Assembly (NCBI RefSeq): GCF_037042905.1
Contig: NC_087245.1
Span: forward strand, 9,426,001 to 9,486,000
DNA: 60,000 nt
Reading direction: 5' to 3'
From: Lytechinus pictus
Taxonomy: Eukaryota
The position numbers and the translations under genes are program-made. Each line of letters starts with the position of its first letter. Positions within the stretch are counted from its first letter, which is position 1. Shown here piece by piece: positions 59,201 to 60,000 of this stretch. Under the pieces are notes generated by a model. That model was not told the origin of the DNA. It saw only the letters and a program-made list of their open reading frames with translations, and made no database searches.

Positions 59201-60000
59201 CCCCTCCTCTTCGGCATCGATGTTAGAATCAAGCAGGACCCATTGTAAGTCTTGGCCGGTGGCACAGGTTTTCGAAATATTTTCTACTTTATCTTATCTA
59301 AATAACTTTGTCTTCTCTTTTACATTACTCTTTCTCCTATTCTCTCTCCTCTCTCTCTCTCCCCCCCCCCTCTCTCTCTCTCTCTACCCCTTTCACCCCT
59401 CCTGAGAGACTAGCCTTTGATAGGGTGAGCAGGAATTAGCCTTCCAGATTTTTTTAGAGGCGAGTCCTTTGGAACTTGCAAAGTTAAGGGTTTTATGCTA
59501 AATTACTGATGAATTGAGATCAGTTTGGGTTTCTTAAGCAAATTTCATGAGTTACTAAATTTAAATGTAATGCATGAGTAAACAGAAATTGTAATTTTAG
59601 TGTAGCATTTTTAGTTTATTATGTGGATATTAGCAAGTGTGCTTATGAGAGTCAGAGTAACGTGATGGTACCTGTTACATTCAAGGGGTGAGATAGGGTA
59701 AGACTGGGTTAAAGGGGCATTCTTCTTTGTGTTCTCTTACAAATTACATGTCATGTACTCACTCCCGCCCTCCACCCCCTTTCTTTCTCCTGGATGGTAT
59801 TTAAAACTTAAAAGCCAAGTGACTTATGGTTGACGGGTCTTTCTTTTCCATTGAATGATTTTTAAGAACTTGACTAATTATGATGATTTATGAAATAATT
59901 TATTGAAAAAGCTGAATGTTTGATTGATCACATTGATTGAGTTGATTTACTAGCAGATTTTTGATTGAATGATTGATAGGTAAATGTTGATGACCTAATT

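Overview
AT-rich, intron-rich animal genomic DNA. An echinoderm, probably a sea urchin, is inferred from gene and repeat style and is not proven. Bases 1-41.7 kb hold the 5' ~1,617 codons of a minus-strand DNAJC13/RME-8 gene. I traced 38 coding exons by hand; all have GT-AG boundaries and consistent phases, and the gene runs off the left edge. A probable non-coding first exon and promoter lie near 46.8-47.0 kb. The introns carry a ~7.2 kb CR1/L2-group LINE with an 8-bp TSD and an unusual ORF1-less 5' region of tandem CCAAT/E2F monomers, a ~4 kb (ACC/ATC)-derived minisatellite, P-like, hAT-like, pogo-like and Harbinger-like non-autonomous DNA transposons, hairpin elements, and a nested TE stack in intron 1. 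To the right are a repeat-dense intergenic region, an intronless class A GPCR (55334-56758, +) and a 5'-truncated LINE. The most striking items are a TSD-flanked SINE whose head resembles the 7SL/Alu domain (50026-50195), the LINE promoter monomers, and a candidate 9/12-nt DNAJC13 microexon. All coordinates were derived by eye and no database searches were run.
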